Notes: generated by a model from the letters alone, not told the origin. A stretch of DNA of 64,000 bases from Nitrospirota bacterium (GCA_049323875.1 JBMOLW010000041.1:74476-138475); one strand, 5' to 3'; shown: positions 10,659 to 21,439, counted from the stretch's first letter. A program made the numbers and translations.

Positions 10659-11911
10659 TTCAGGAATTTCGGTATCCTGTTCCAGCGTGTGAGATCATCA
10701 TAGGTTTCCCGAACGCGTATCAGGGCATGTTCTCTGCCGTTCACCATTACCTCAGCAGCCCTTGGACGGCTGTTGTAGTTCGAACTCATGGAAAAACCAT
10801 ATGCACCAGCGCTCATGACGGCAAGATATTCCCCGTGCTCCACCTTCTGGAGCTCTCTCTCCCGGGCAAGGAAATCTCCCGTCTCGCAGATAGGTCCGAC
10901 AACGTCACAGAGAACCGACTTCCTCCTTTTCTTTGCCACAGGGAGAATGTGATGATATGCATCGTAAAACGAAGGCCTGATCAGATCGTTCATCCCGGCG
11001 TCAACGATGACAAATTCCTTTTTTCCCCCTGTTTTCAGATAGAGCACTTTCGTCACAAGAATCCCTGCGTTGCCTACAATCGACCTCCCCGGCTCCATCA
11101 GCAAGGTGAGTTTTCGCCTTTTCAGGAGAGGGATGAGGCTCTTCGCAAGGTCTTTCGGTACCGGAGGGTCCTCATTCCGGTAAGGGATTCCGAGTCCGCC
11201 CCCGATATCGAGGTATTCTATCCCGATCCCCTGTTCGCTGAGGTCGTCCAGAAGGATGAGAATTCTCTTCAACGCATCGACGAAAGGCGAAACCTTGGTT
11301 ATCTGGGACCCGATATGCTTATGGACCCCGACAAGGGTAATATTCCTGAGCGAGGATGCAAGCCGGTAGTATTCGAGGGCCTCTTCAATCGGTATCCCGA
11401 ATTTATGTTTCTTCAGTCCGGTTGCGATATACGGGTGTGTTTCAGGATCAATATCAGGGTTGATCCTCAATGCAACGGGCGCCTTTTTCTTCATTGTTCC
11501 CGCGACCCTGTCGATCTCTCTCAACTCGTGTTCCGATTCCACGTTGAACATGAGGATCTTCGACTTCAGGGCAAGCCGTATCTCATGATCTGTTTTTCCG
11601 ACCCCCGCGTAGACAATCTTTTTCGCAGGCACTCCTGCCTTCAGGGCAACAAACAGTTCTCCGCCTGAAACGATATCAGCCCCTCCGCCGTGCTTTGCAA
11701 ACAATCTGACAATCGCGGGGTTCGGATTAGCCTTGACCGCAAAACAGATGATATGAGGGTAATCATTAAACGCATCGTCATACGCCCTGAAGTGCCTGAG
11801 CAGGGTGCGATAACTGTAAATATAGAGCGGTGTGCCGTATTGATCGGCGAGCTTCTTTACCGGCACGTCTTCAGCGTATAGTTCTCCGGCACGGTACCTG
11901 AAAAAATGCAT
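10655..11911 (-). CDS. lysA: Diaminopimelate decarboxylase
   Basis: 418 aa with PLP-Lys motif FAVKAN, plus DIGGGLGIPY and GPICETGD. Confidence 0.97.
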   Translation of the reverse strand: MHFFRYRAGELYAEDVPVKKLADQYGTPLYIYSYRTLLRHFRAYDDAFNDYPHIICFAVKANPNPAIVRLFAKHGGGADIVSGGELFVALKAGVPAKKIVYAGVGKTDHEIRLALKSKILMFNVESEHELREIDRVAGTMKKKAPVALRINPDIDPETHPYIATGLKKHKFGIPIEEALEYYRLASSLRNITLVGVHKHIGSQITKVSPFVDALKRILILLDDLSEQGIGIEYLDIGGGLGIPYRNEDPPVPKDLAKSLIPLLKRRKLTLLMEPGRSIVGNAGILVTKVLYLKTGGKKEFVIVDAGMNDLIRPSFYDAYHHILPVAKKRRKSVLCDVVGPICETGDFLARERELQKVEHGEYLAVMSAGAYGFSMSSNYNSRPRAAEVMVNGREHALIRVRETYDDLTRWNRIPKFLK

Positions 11912-12062
11912 CGGGGGTCTCCCTTTTTGTTATTTTTCGCGTGCTTTATTGTACACGGATTATTCCTGTTATCTCAAGATATCCGTGAATTTGTATTTCC
12001 TGTATTCGGGTATGGTAAAGTTTTATGGAGAGCATGAGAATTCAACCTTTTTGGAGGTAGCG

Positions 12063-14009
12063 TTGGGAAAGAACCTTGTCGAAAAAATATTTGAAGCCCA
12101 CAGAGTGTACGGAGATCTGACCCCGGGCACACCGGTCGGGGTTAACGTGGATCAGGTCTATACGCAGGATGCAACAGGCACCATGACCTGGCTCCAGTTC
12201 GAAGCAATCGGAATCGACCGGGTAAAAGTCCCGCTCGCAGTTTCGTACGTGGACCACAATATGCTCCAGCAGAACTTTATGAATCCGGACGATCACCTGT
12301 TCCTTCAGACTGTTGCCGCACAATATGGGGCGTATTTCTCAAGACCCGGGAACGGGATCTGTCATCAGGTCCATCTGGAACAGTTCGCTGCGCCCGGGAA
12401 GATCGCGCTCGGCACCGACAGCCACACTCCGACCGGCGGCGGAATGGGAATGATCGCGATCGGGGTCGGTGGTCTGGATGCCGCGACGGTAATGGCCGGC
12501 TCGCCCTTTGAAATCACCATGCCGCAGATCGTGAAGATCAATCTGACCGGGAAGCTCCAGAGGCCATGGGTTACGGCTATGGATGTTATCCTTGAAATCC
12601 TGAGAAGACTGACCGTCAAGGGCGGGGTTGGAAAGATATTCGAATATGGTGGCCCCGGAGTTAAGGACCTGAATGTTCCTGAGAGAGCGACCCTTACCAA
12701 TATGGGCGCTGAACTCGGAGCTACCACCTCCATATTCCCGAGTGACAAAAAAACAAAGACATACCTCGCCGCGGTCGGAAGGGAAGCCGACTGGGCAGAA
12801 CTCAGTGCGGACAAGGGGGCCGGATACGACGGGGTTATTCAGGTAGACCTCGGCAGAATCGAACCGATGATCGCACAGCCCCACAGTCCGGATAATGTGG
12901 TGACGGTAAAGAGTCTTACCGGGCGGAAAGTGGATCAGGTCTGTATCGGCAGCTGCACCAATGCTTCATATCAGGCACTGAAGACCGTTGCCTCAATCCT
13001 GAAAGGAAATACTGTTGCTCAGGGGGTGAACCTTCTGATCAATCCAGGATCAAAGCAGGTGTATGAGATGATCGCGCAAGAGGGGCTCACGAGCGACATG
13101 ATCTCTGCCGGCGCTAGGATGCTTGAAGCCTCATGCGGCCCGTGCATCGGCATGGGCGGGGCCCCGGGAAGCGGTCAGGTTTCCGTGCGCTCCTACAACC
13201 GGAATTTCAAGGGGAGGAGCGGCACCAAGGACGCTTCGATCTATCTTGCAAGCCCGGTATCCTGTGCTGTGTTCGCGGTAAGAGGAGAGATCGTCGATCC
13301 CCGCGATTCAGGTCTGGTGATCAGCAACTTCAGAGAACCCAAAAAATATCTGATAAACAGGAATTTTATCATTCCTCCGAGAGACGACACCTCGGGGGTT
13401 ACGGTTGTCAAGGGGCCGAATATCAGGGAAATATCAGTAAAAGACCCCTTGCAGGACACGATCGAAGCAGAAGTGCTGTTAACACTCGGAGATAACATCA
13501 CGACTGACGACATCATGCCTGCAGGTTCCGCTATACTTCCCTATCGGTCTAACATCCCCGCGATTTCAGAATTCGTCTTCAGCAATATTGACAGCTCGTT
13601 CAGCAAACGGGCACGCGAGGCCAAACCAGCGGGAGGGGGGATTATTATCGGAGGTGAAAACTACGGCCAGGGATCGTCAAGGGAACACGCAGCGATCGCG
13701 CCGATGTTCCTCGGGATACAGGCAGTCATCGCGAAATCCTTTGCGCGGATCCACCGGTCTAATCTTATTAATTTCGGAATCCTGCCGCTTTTGTTTAAGA
13801 ACAGCGATGATGCCCGGAAGATTGAGCAAAGAGACAGGCTGGTCATCAAAGATGTGAAGAATGTATTGACCGGGAGCCAGTCATACCGGGTTTACAACAA
13901 GACCAAAGATTTCACTTTTGAAGTGTATTCGCAGATGAATGAACGGGAGAGAGAGATCATCCTGTCAGGAGGGTTGCTGCCCTATACGAGAATAAACAGA
14001 GAAAAATGA
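12063..14009 (+). CDS. Aconitate hydratase (aconitase/IPM-isomerase superfamily, ~650-aa type)
   Basis: Fe-S ligand motifs GTDSHT, IGSCTNAS and CGPCIGMG, with a C-terminal swivel domain (GENYGQGSSREHAA). The track ORF starts at a TTG at 11949. The preferred start is the TTG at 12063 (MGKNLVEKI), 5 nt after GGAGG. Confidence 0.85.
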   Translation: MGKNLVEKIFEAHRVYGDLTPGTPVGVNVDQVYTQDATGTMTWLQFEAIGIDRVKVPLAVSYVDHNMLQQNFMNPDDHLFLQTVAAQYGAYFSRPGNGICHQVHLEQFAAPGKIALGTDSHTPTGGGMGMIAIGVGGLDAATVMAGSPFEITMPQIVKINLTGKLQRPWVTAMDVILEILRRLTVKGGVGKIFEYGGPGVKDLNVPERATLTNMGAELGATTSIFPSDKKTKTYLAAVGREADWAELSADKGAGYDGVIQVDLGRIEPMIAQPHSPDNVVTVKSLTGRKVDQVCIGSCTNASYQALKTVASILKGNTVAQGVNLLINPGSKQVYEMIAQEGLTSDMISAGARMLEASCGPCIGMGGAPGSGQVSVRSYNRNFKGRSGTKDASIYLASPVSCAVFAVRGEIVDPRDSGLVISNFREPKKYLINRNFIIPPRDDTSGVTVVKGPNIREISVKDPLQDTIEAEVLLTLGDNITTDDIMPAGSAILPYRSNIPAISEFVFSNIDSSFSKRAREAKPAGGGIIIGGENYGQGSSREHAAIAPMFLGIQAVIAKSFARIHRSNLINFGILPLLFKNSDDARKIEQRDRLVIKDVKNVLTGSQSYRVYNKTKDFTFEVYSQMNEREREIILSGGLLPYTRINREK

Positions 14010-14078
14010 CAAGGCAAAGTCCTGGAAAGACTGATTTGACAAGAAATCCTGATTTTGGTTAAATTAGTGTTTACCTTT

Positions 14079-14154
14079 GGGCCGCTAGCTCAGCTGGTAG
14101 AGCAACGCCCTTTTAAGGCGTGGGTCGTTGGTTCGAATCCAACGCGGCTCACCA
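14079..14154 (+). tRNA. tRNA-Lys (anticodon UUU)
   Basis: Cloverleaf GGGCCGC/GCGGCTC acceptor, anticodon loop CTTTTAA, TTCGAATCC T-loop, encoded CCA. Confidence 0.95.
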
Positions 14155-14159
14155 TGAGC

Positions 14160-14237
14160 GTCCCTATCGTCTAGCCCGGCCTAGGACATCGCCCTTTCAA
14201 GGCGGTAACACGGGTTCGAATCCCGTTGGGGACGCCA
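14160..14237 (+). tRNA. tRNA-Glu (anticodon UUC)
   Basis: GTCCCTA/TGGGGAC acceptor, anticodon loop CTTTCAA, encoded CCA. Close to the E. coli tRNA-Glu layout. Confidence 0.95.
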
Positions 14238-14288
14238 ATTTTTTCATTCTCTTGATATCATCTCCTCCCTTTGATACCGTATACGGTT

Positions 14289-15245
14289 ATGAAGAAACTT
14301 CTTCTGTTCTTCATTTTCATGCTTATTTCTCCGCTTCCGGCCAATGCATTTGACGGACCGTTGCAGGTGCGGAATCAGTTCCCTCTGTTCCTCTCTCTCA
14401 ACACTCCGTATCTCGAAAAAGCAGCCATCGAGACTTCTCTCAGGGTGTCCCTCTCACATTCGAGCATCTACCTCGTGGACAATTCAGCAACATGGAAGAT
14501 GGGAATCGATATAGAGATAACCGAACTCAATCTGACGGCAAAAAAGAATTTCAGGGATTTGATCGAGGTCGGGATTGAACTGCCGATACTTAGTTTCGGT
14601 TCCGGTTTCACGGACGGCTTTCTCGACGGCTATCATGATACGTTCGGCTTTCCCGATTACGGGAGAAGCGAAAGACCTGAGAATGAATTCCTGTTCGAGG
14701 TGCGCAGGGGCGATACGCTGATACTCAAGGGAAAGAACGGGCGTATTCAGGTCGGGGATATCAGGCTCACGGTGAAAAAACCCGTTCTGATGTCCGATCC
14801 GGCAGTGAGCATCCAAGCTTCAATTGAGTTCCCTTCGGGTGATGCGAAGGCCGGATTCGGAAACGGAAGTCTGGATACGGGTCTTTCTGTCATGGCAGAA
14901 AAGAATCTCGGGCAAAAACTGCGGGCCTATCTGAACTTGGGCATGGTATTTCCCGGGGATCTGAAAGGATATGCAAGGGTGCGCATCAGAGATTATTTCC
15001 AGGGAGGAGCAGCGGTAGAGGCAGCTTTCTGGAAAAACATCAGCCTTGCAGGACAGGTATTCATTCAGGGATCGCCATTCCCTGAAACGGATATCTCTTC
15101 AATGGACAGGACTGCGGTACTCCTCTCGTTCGGGGGGAGATATTCTGCCGGCAAGAACAGCCTTGAATTCTCTTTGACCGAGGACCCCAATACCTCCGGA
15201 GCGCCTGATTTCATCGTGAATTTTTCTTTCAGGAGATTCTTCTGA
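14289..15245 (+). CDS. Putative outer-membrane beta-barrel protein (DUF3187-like)
   Basis: Signal peptide MKKLLLFFIFMLISPLPANA, alternating beta-strand pattern, and C-terminal aromatic residue (..FSFRRFF). The DUF3187 assignment is from memory only. Confidence 0.45.
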   Translation: MKKLLLFFIFMLISPLPANAFDGPLQVRNQFPLFLSLNTPYLEKAAIETSLRVSLSHSSIYLVDNSATWKMGIDIEITELNLTAKKNFRDLIEVGIELPILSFGSGFTDGFLDGYHDTFGFPDYGRSERPENEFLFEVRRGDTLILKGKNGRIQVGDIRLTVKKPVLMSDPAVSIQASIEFPSGDAKAGFGNGSLDTGLSVMAEKNLGQKLRAYLNLGMVFPGDLKGYARVRIRDYFQGGAAVEAAFWKNISLAGQVFIQGSPFPETDISSMDRTAVLLSFGGRYSAGKNSLEFSLTEDPNTSGAPDFIVNFSFRRFF

Positions 15246-15285
15246 ACCTTGTAAGCTTCTGATTCCGTAAGCTATTATATAACCT

Positions 15286-15759
15286 ATGAAAAAATCCAAA
15301 ACCCTGAGACCCGGATGGGACGAATATTTTATCGGAATTGCGAAGGCCGTCTCGACAAGAGCTACGTGCCTGCGGAGAAAATACGGCGCTGTCATCACCA
15401 AGGACAATATTATTGTCAGCACCGGGTATAACGGCGCTCCCAGAGGGATGAGAGACTGCCTTGATGCAGGCAAATGTACCCGGAAAGAACTCCAGATCCC
15501 TCACGGCGAACGATATGAACTCTGTCACAGTGTCCACGCCGAGGCCAACGCGATAATCCGTGCTTCTGTTGACGAGATGAAGGATGCCACCATCTATATT
15601 TCCGGGACCGACGAGAATGGCCGCGAGTGCAATTCCGAGCCCTGTATGATGTGCAAGCGGATGATCCTGAACTCACAGATAGCAAAAGTCGTCTGCTCTG
15701 ACGGGGACAGCGGGTTCTCGGTCGTGAACCCGAAGAAGTGGCTGAAGAAAAGAGTTTAG
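15286..15759 (+). CDS. comEB: Deoxycytidylate (dCMP) deaminase / ComEB family
   Basis: 157 aa with zinc motifs HAEANAI and PCMMCKRMI. Confidence 0.9.
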   Translation: MKKSKTLRPGWDEYFIGIAKAVSTRATCLRRKYGAVITKDNIIVSTGYNGAPRGMRDCLDAGKCTRKELQIPHGERYELCHSVHAEANAIIRASVDEMKDATIYISGTDENGRECNSEPCMMCKRMILNSQIAKVVCSDGDSGFSVVNPKKWLKKRV

Positions 15760-15767
15760 CCCGGTCT

Positions 15768-16511
15768 ATGGAAAAAAGACTCCAGAAGATACTCGCCGAG
15801 ATGGGGATCGCCTCAAGAAGAAAGGCTGAAGAGCTGATCCTGGAGGGCCGGGTGACGGTCAACGGGCAGATTGCAACGCTCGGCACCAAGGCGGACGCCG
15901 CAAAAGATCACATAAAGCTTGACGGAAAGCTTCTCATCAGGCCGGAACCGACGGTGTATCTCATATTCCATAAACCGAAAGGTGTGGTCACGACTCTCCA
16001 TGACCCTGAAGGCAGACCTACTGTCAAAGATTTTCTCAAGAAGATAAAATACAGGGTCTTCCCTGTCGGACGGCTCGATTATGATTCCGAAGGGTTGCTG
16101 CTCCTGACAAATGATGGGGATTTCGCTCATTTATTGCTCCATCCTTCGAAGAAGGTATACAAAACCTATCTTGTGAAGGTAAAGGGAGAGCCGGACGAGG
16201 CCAAAATGCAGAAACTGAGGAAAGGGATCAGGCTCAAGGAAGGGATAACCGCTCCTGCGCGGATAAAGAAACTGCGGGAGACGGAAAACAATACATGGTT
16301 TGAGATGACCATACATGAAGGGAAAAAACGACAGATCAGAAGGATGTTCCTCGAGATCAAACATCCCGTCCTGAAACTGAAGAGAACAAAAATCGGCGGT
16401 CTGTCGCTCGGTGACCTGGGAGCCGGTGAGTACCGGTTCCTGACAGCCGGAGAAATAGAGAAAGTAAAAAAAGAATTTTTCGCTGATCGGAGGGCAGATG
16501 GTTCGCGATAA
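15768..16511 (+). CDS. rluB: 23S rRNA pseudouridine synthase, RsuA/RluB family
   Basis: S4 domain (RLQKILAEMGIASRRKAEELI) and catalytic GRLDYDSEGLLLLTNDG. The ATG at 15768 is preferred over the track GTG at 15738. Confidence 0.88.
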   Translation: MEKRLQKILAEMGIASRRKAEELILEGRVTVNGQIATLGTKADAAKDHIKLDGKLLIRPEPTVYLIFHKPKGVVTTLHDPEGRPTVKDFLKKIKYRVFPVGRLDYDSEGLLLLTNDGDFAHLLLHPSKKVYKTYLVKVKGEPDEAKMQKLRKGIRLKEGITAPARIKKLRETENNTWFEMTIHEGKKRQIRRMFLEIKHPVLKLKRTKIGGLSLGDLGAGEYRFLTAGEIEKVKKEFFADRRADGSR

Positions 16512-18291
16512 AGGGTGTGGGGAAATACGGGAATCTGACATCGGCAAAGACCTGGGTCTCTGCGGCTGGGTATTCAGACGGAGAGACCATGGCGGTCTCA
16601 TATTCATAGACCTGAGGGACAGGAGCGGTGTGCTCCAGATCGTATTCAGCCCCGATGTCTCCGGGGCGGCGCATAAAGATGCGCATGACCTGAGGAGCGA
16701 ATATGTGGTTTCCGTGACGGGTCAGATCAGGAAGAGGCCTGAGGGGACGGAAAACCCTGCAATGGCAACCGGCACGGTTGAGATGTATGTGAACAGACTG
16801 GAGGTGCTGAATGAAGCATCTCCCCTGCCGTTCATGATCGAGGATGCAGCCGATGCTGGGGAACAACTGAGGCTGAAACACCGGTATCTTGACCTGAGAA
16901 GGCCTGAGATGCAGCAGAACATCATCACACGGCACAGGACGACCAAACTCATAAGGGATTACCTCGACGAAAAAGGCTTCCTTGAGATCGAAACCCCTAT
17001 GCTCACAAAATCCACACCTGAGGGGGCCCGGGATTATCTTGTCCCGAGCCGGCTGAACCCCGGTCACTTCTATGCCCTGCCGCAGTCTCCCCAGATCTTT
17101 AAACAAATATTGATGGTAGGCGGCCTCGAAAAATACTTCCAGATCGTGAAATGTTTCAGGGACGAAGACCTCCGCGCGGACAGGCAGCCTGAGTTCACCC
17201 AAGTCGATATGGAGATGTCGTTTGCCGATACGGATGAGATAATCAAGACCGTTGAAGGCATGATGCAAAAGCTTTTCAGGGAGGTCCTCGGTACAGACCT
17301 TGCCCTGCCTTTCCCTTCTCTGGGGTTTCACGAGTCTCTGGAAAGGTTCGGGAACGACAAACCCGACCTCCGGTTTGGCCTGGAGCTTAAGGAAATGGCT
17401 GATCTGGCGGAGAAAGGCACATTCAAAGTCTTCCTTGATACGACAAAAGCCGGCGGCAGAGTCAAAGCTCTCAACGGTAAGGGGATGGCCGGTCTTTCGA
17501 GAAAAGAGATCGACATGCTTACTGAAGAGGCAGTCTCATTCGGGGCAAAAGGCCTTGCGTGGATCAAAGTGAAGAACGGGTTCGAGTCTCCGATCGCGAA
17601 ATTCTTTCCTGAAGAAATCCTCAGGCAGATGGCACAGCGTCTTGAAGCAGAGGAAGGCGATTTGATGCTCTTTGTTGCGGACAGCGAAAAAGTCGTTCAC
17701 GATGTGCTGAGCAGGATGAGACTGGAATTCGGCAGAAGATTGAATCTTATCCAGCCCGGATATAAATTTGCATGGATAACCGGCTTTCCGCTTCTGGAGT
17801 GGAATGACGAAGAGGGCCGTTTCGAGGCGATGCATCACCCCTTCACCTCGCCTGCCGATGGAGATATCGCAAAGCTTTCCTCATTGAATATTTCCGAACT
17901 CCAGACGCCGGACTCCGAACTTTCCCGCATCAAAGCAAAAGCATATGACATCGTGCTGAACGGGTATGAGATCGGTGGCGGGAGCATCCGTATCCACCAG
18001 CGTGACGTCCAGAGGAAGATGTTCGAAATCCTCCGGATATCAGAGGAAGATGCGCGGATGAAATTCGGGTTCCTCCTCGATGCGCTCGAATACGGCGCGC
18101 CTCCCCACGGCGGCATTGCGCTCGGTCTCGACAGACTGGTAATGATTATGGTGGGAGCAACGTCCATCAGGGATGTGATCGCATTCCCGAAGACCCAGAA
18201 GGCGTTCTGTCTCATGAGCGGCAGTCCGTCGCCGGTCGAACAGAAACAACTGCGGGAACTCTCCATCAAACTGAACCTGCCTGAAGTGTAA
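16498..18291 (+). CDS. aspS: Aspartate--tRNA ligase
   Basis: 597 aa with a class II aaRS core (FRDEDLRADRQPEFTQVD, GGGSIRIH, GIALGLDRLVM). Confidence 0.98.
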   Translation: MVRDKGCGEIRESDIGKDLGLCGWVFRRRDHGGLIFIDLRDRSGVLQIVFSPDVSGAAHKDAHDLRSEYVVSVTGQIRKRPEGTENPAMATGTVEMYVNRLEVLNEASPLPFMIEDAADAGEQLRLKHRYLDLRRPEMQQNIITRHRTTKLIRDYLDEKGFLEIETPMLTKSTPEGARDYLVPSRLNPGHFYALPQSPQIFKQILMVGGLEKYFQIVKCFRDEDLRADRQPEFTQVDMEMSFADTDEIIKTVEGMMQKLFREVLGTDLALPFPSLGFHESLERFGNDKPDLRFGLELKEMADLAEKGTFKVFLDTTKAGGRVKALNGKGMAGLSRKEIDMLTEEAVSFGAKGLAWIKVKNGFESPIAKFFPEEILRQMAQRLEAEEGDLMLFVADSEKVVHDVLSRMRLEFGRRLNLIQPGYKFAWITGFPLLEWNDEEGRFEAMHHPFTSPADGDIAKLSSLNISELQTPDSELSRIKAKAYDIVLNGYEIGGGSIRIHQRDVQRKMFEILRISEEDARMKFGFLLDALEYGAPPHGGIALGLDRLVMIMVGATSIRDVIAFPKTQKAFCLMSGSPSPVEQKQLRELSIKLNLPEV

Positions 18292-18581
18292 CCGATTCTT
18301 TCCCGGCGCGATGCACTGTATCAGGCAATGGATGATACTGCGGTGACTGCTTTATCAAAAAGTGCACAGTGATAAGTGCGCTTGTCACCTGCACATCCGC
18401 ACTCTGGGGCAGATTCTAAATTTGTTCAATCCTTCATCAAAGGCGCATGGCGGGGGCGATGTATGTGGGATAGAAATTACCTAAAAAAATGACCCTACAA
18501 TGCATCATGTAATTTCTGATTGACAGGAAAAATCACAATATTGCACACAGACAACACATAAGCTATTTTTGCCTCTACTAT

Positions 18582-19967
18582 CTAATGCCTTTTCTTTATT
18601 ATCACAGTATCTTCGCCAATGAACGAATAACCATTCTTCAAATTGCCTGTCAGCGTAAATCTAACACAATCACCGCTTTTCGCTGTATCTATCAACGTTG
18701 ATGAGATTGCCTTCATATCAAACTTTAACACCAGATCAAGAAATAGATCTCGCGTTGACGGACTGCAGTTGTTACAAGAATCTTTGTCTACATAGTGTAT
18801 TTGCAAGGTATCCACATTTTTAAACTTCCGCTTCTCAGAAGGTACGCCATTAAGTCTTAGTGAATTTTGATCGATCATAGTCACATCTAATTGATCTGTC
18901 CCAAGAATCGCAACAGTTAACAAGCCCTTACTGTTCACATTCAATTCATTTGGGCATGAATTTGGCATGATATCAATGGAAACTAATGTTTGATCTACGC
19001 TAGGTTTTGCGATGATTCCTATTTTATGATTGACTATGTTCTTCTCTCCAGAGCCAACTATCACTCCTTTATCGTTGATTCTTTCCGGCCAATACTGGCC
19101 CCAACCGGGAGGCATCAATATTTTATACTCACCTCTGTAGTACAGGAAGCCTTTATAAACTGGTTCAGCGTCATAGCCAAAACCAATAACTTCACCTCTA
19201 TTGTTAATATCAACTGCATAGGCAGATAGCCAACCTGGCGGCATCAATTCTGTATAGCTTCCGTCGTCGTACAAGAACCCTCTCAATGTACCCTCAGAAT
19301 CACGACCAGTCCCGACGACTACTCCGCTGTTGTTGATGGCATTAGGAGCTGCGCTTTGCCAACCCGGAGGAAGTAAAGGGACATAAAACTCCTTGTTATA
19401 TATGAAACCATAATAATTGTTCCACCCGACAACAACGCCATGGTCGTTAATGTCAAAAGCATAAGAGATACTGGAGTCAGGTGGCAATAACGTGGTATAT
19501 TTTCCAGAGTTGAACAGGAAGCCTTTTAGCCCTTGACCGTCATCTCCGAAACCTACAATTTCGCCTTTGTTGTTAATCCGCATGCTTCTTGCGGTGTTCC
19601 ATCCCGGAGGAATTACCTCCGAATAGTGTCCATCAGAGTACACAAAATTTGTCTGCCCATATTCAGCTACTCCCCAACCTACAGCTGTTCCCTGATCATT
19701 GATATCCAACGCATGTGCCCAATACCAGTTTGATGGAAGTAATTCAAAATAAGTCCCATCGTCATAGATAAACCCAACGTTCGTAGAAGAATGATATCCT
19801 TGGCCAACAATAACATCATTATTATTTATACCGAGGGGTAGGGCTCGCAGCCAACCCGGAGGAAGCGGTAATTCATAGTAGTCATATCCTGCTGCCTTAA
19901 CTGAGACCGGCGTTAGAATCAATAGGGACAAAAGAATTAAATATAACCATAGAGCTTTCAATTTCAT
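18582..19967 (-). CDS. Secreted repeat protein, HAF-family-like extracellular repeats
   Basis: Signal peptide, then about 8 repeats of the type PPGW..A..INN.G.VVG......GFLY..G.Y..L. Distinctly AT-rich relative to its flanks. Confidence 0.55.
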   Translation of the reverse strand: MKLKALWLYLILLSLLILTPVSVKAAGYDYYELPLPPGWLRALPLGINNNDVIVGQGYHSSTNVGFIYDDGTYFELLPSNWYWAHALDINDQGTAVGWGVAEYGQTNFVYSDGHYSEVIPPGWNTARSMRINNKGEIVGFGDDGQGLKGFLFNSGKYTTLLPPDSSISYAFDINDHGVVVGWNNYYGFIYNKEFYVPLLPPGWQSAAPNAINNSGVVVGTGRDSEGTLRGFLYDDGSYTELMPPGWLSAYAVDINNRGEVIGFGYDAEPVYKGFLYYRGEYKILMPPGWGQYWPERINDKGVIVGSGEKNIVNHKIGIIAKPSVDQTLVSIDIMPNSCPNELNVNSKGLLTVAILGTDQLDVTMIDQNSLRLNGVPSEKRKFKNVDTLQIHYVDKDSCNNCSPSTRDLFLDLVLKFDMKAISSTLIDTAKSGDCVRFTLTGNLKNGYSFIGEDTVIIKKRH

Positions 19968-20215
19968 GTTTTATTCCCTTTCTCCATAGTGTGAGAATAT
20001 ATACAATTTAAGGTCAAGGAATACTTTAATTACTTAACTCCTATAATACTCCAACTAAATAAATCGGTAGGCATTATTGATCTTATAGCTTGCAACTAGT
20101 CTCTGAACAAAAAATGACCATTGATTCCTATTAGAATGACTGGCCTTTATTCGTATATTGCAAGGTGTTTATAACAGGAAGAAGGTATTCCAGCTAACCC
20201 TCAATGTGTACTAAG

Positions 20216-20806
20216 TCAGTTTGGCAAATTTTTCCGGACAAGTTCCCTATATCTGTAGCAACTTCTAACGTGATCATTGACCATTCCTGTTGCCTGCATG
20301 TGAGCATAAACAATTGTCGAGCCTACAAATTTAAAGCCCCTCTTTTTCAAATCCTTGCTTATACGGTCTGACAGTTCCGTTCTTGCCGGCAACTCGCTCA
20401 AGTCCTTAAATCCGCTGTGCACAGTCTTGCCTTCAATGAATCCCCATATATATTTATCAAATGTGCCGAACTCCTTTCTGACTGCAAGGAAGGCTTTTGC
20501 GTTTGTAACAGCACTGGTGATCTTCAACTTATTGCGTATTATTCCCGCATCCTTGAGAAGGGACTCTATTTTTTTCTTGTCGTATGCTGCAACTTTATTG
20601 AAATCAAAATCGTCAAAAGCTTTTCTGAAATTTTCTCTCTTCCTCAAAACGGTTAGCCAGCTCAGTCCCGCCTGAAACCCTTCAAGGGTTAGAAATTCAA
20701 ACAGCTTCCTGTCATCATGGACCGGTACACCCCATTCATTGTTGTGATACTTGATAAGCAAATGGTCAGACGTAGGCCATGAACAAGTTTGTTTGCTGGT
20801 TTTCAT
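20216..20806 (-). CDS. tag: DNA-3-methyladenine glycosylase I
   Basis: 196 aa with Tag family motifs (YHNNEWGVPVHDD, EGFQAGLSW). Confidence 0.9.
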   Translation of the reverse strand: MKTSKQTCSWPTSDHLLIKYHNNEWGVPVHDDRKLFEFLTLEGFQAGLSWLTVLRKRENFRKAFDDFDFNKVAAYDKKKIESLLKDAGIIRNKLKITSAVTNAKAFLAVRKEFGTFDKYIWGFIEGKTVHSGFKDLSELPARTELSDRISKDLKKRGFKFVGSTIVYAHMQATGMVNDHVRSCYRYRELVRKNLPN

Positions 20807-20917
20807 AATGACACTCTAATAATTATCAATTGACCTCTGCACCATTATATCAAATCGGAAGAGTATGGACTTCAGGAAGAAGGTTTGTCCAGGCACATCA
20901 TGATGTCTTTTTATCAG

Positions 20918-21187
20918 CTATTTGTATACATTGCCATGTGGCACTATATTCACTACCGCTATAGTCCGATCATCCTCTAAGATGGCAAAAACAATCCGGT
21001 ATTTCCCGACCCTGAGACGACAAAATCCCCTCATGTCACCCGTAAGACGTTTTACGGATTGGTGTTCGAGAGGATTTTCCAAATCAGACAGCGCTTCAGG
21101 TTCTTTTTTTACGCGCTGTCTTGTTTGCGGAGTCAAACGGTTATAATATTTCGCTGCGGTCGAAGAAAGTCTAATCTGCCAGGTCAC
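20918..21187 (-). CDS. Type II toxin, RelE/ParE family
   Basis: 89 aa. GTG start overlaps the antitoxin gene by 17 nt. RelE/ParE-like pattern (..RLRVGKYRIVFAILEDDRTIAVVNIVPH). Confidence 0.8.
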   Translation of the reverse strand: MTWQIRLSSTAAKYYNRLTPQTRQRVKKEPEALSDLENPLEHQSVKRLTGDMRGFCRLRVGKYRIVFAILEDDRTIAVVNIVPHGNVYK

Positions 21188-21416
21188 TCAGCTTTTTCCC
21201 CTTGCCTGCTTTAATTTCTTCAAGACCTTTTTTGCATTCGTCGAGAAAGCCGGGAATTTGCAGCAGTTCCATGGTTTCTTTGTGCCGCGAGATATATGCG
21301 TCGGTCAATTCAGTGTAAATATCGGTAAGCGACCGGTTTTCATAACCGGCAATCGCCCGAATAACTTTGAGCCGTTCTTCCGGCAATCGTAACGTTGTCG
21401 TACCTTTAGTTGTCAT
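21171..21416 (-). CDS. Type II antitoxin, ribbon-helix-helix type
   Basis: 81 aa with an N-terminal RHH-like segment TTLRLPEERLKVIRAIA. Lies upstream of and overlaps the toxin gene. Confidence 0.7.
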   Translation of the reverse strand: MTTKGTTTLRLPEERLKVIRAIAGYENRSLTDIYTELTDAYISRHKETMELLQIPGFLDECKKGLEEIKAGKGKKLSDLAD

Positions 21417-21439
21417 GGCGCCTTGCCTCCTGAAGTAAG

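Noticed and set aside
14120-14353. 77-aa ORF overlapping the tRNA-Lys and tRNA-Glu genes
   Set aside because: It is superimposed on two canonical tRNA cloverleaves and is spurious.
16357-17331. 324-aa ORF on the minus strand
   Set aside because: It is entirely antisense to the well-supported aspS gene and has a low-complexity Arg/Pro/His-rich composition. The same reasoning rejects other shadow ORFs: 10727-11668 (antisense to lysA), 21474-22451 (aroC), 35426-36310 (gspD), 38804-39595 (S8-2), 46878-47657 (pilM), 50675-51928 (rpoN), 44998-45699 (pilP/pilO) and 48081-48668 (truB).
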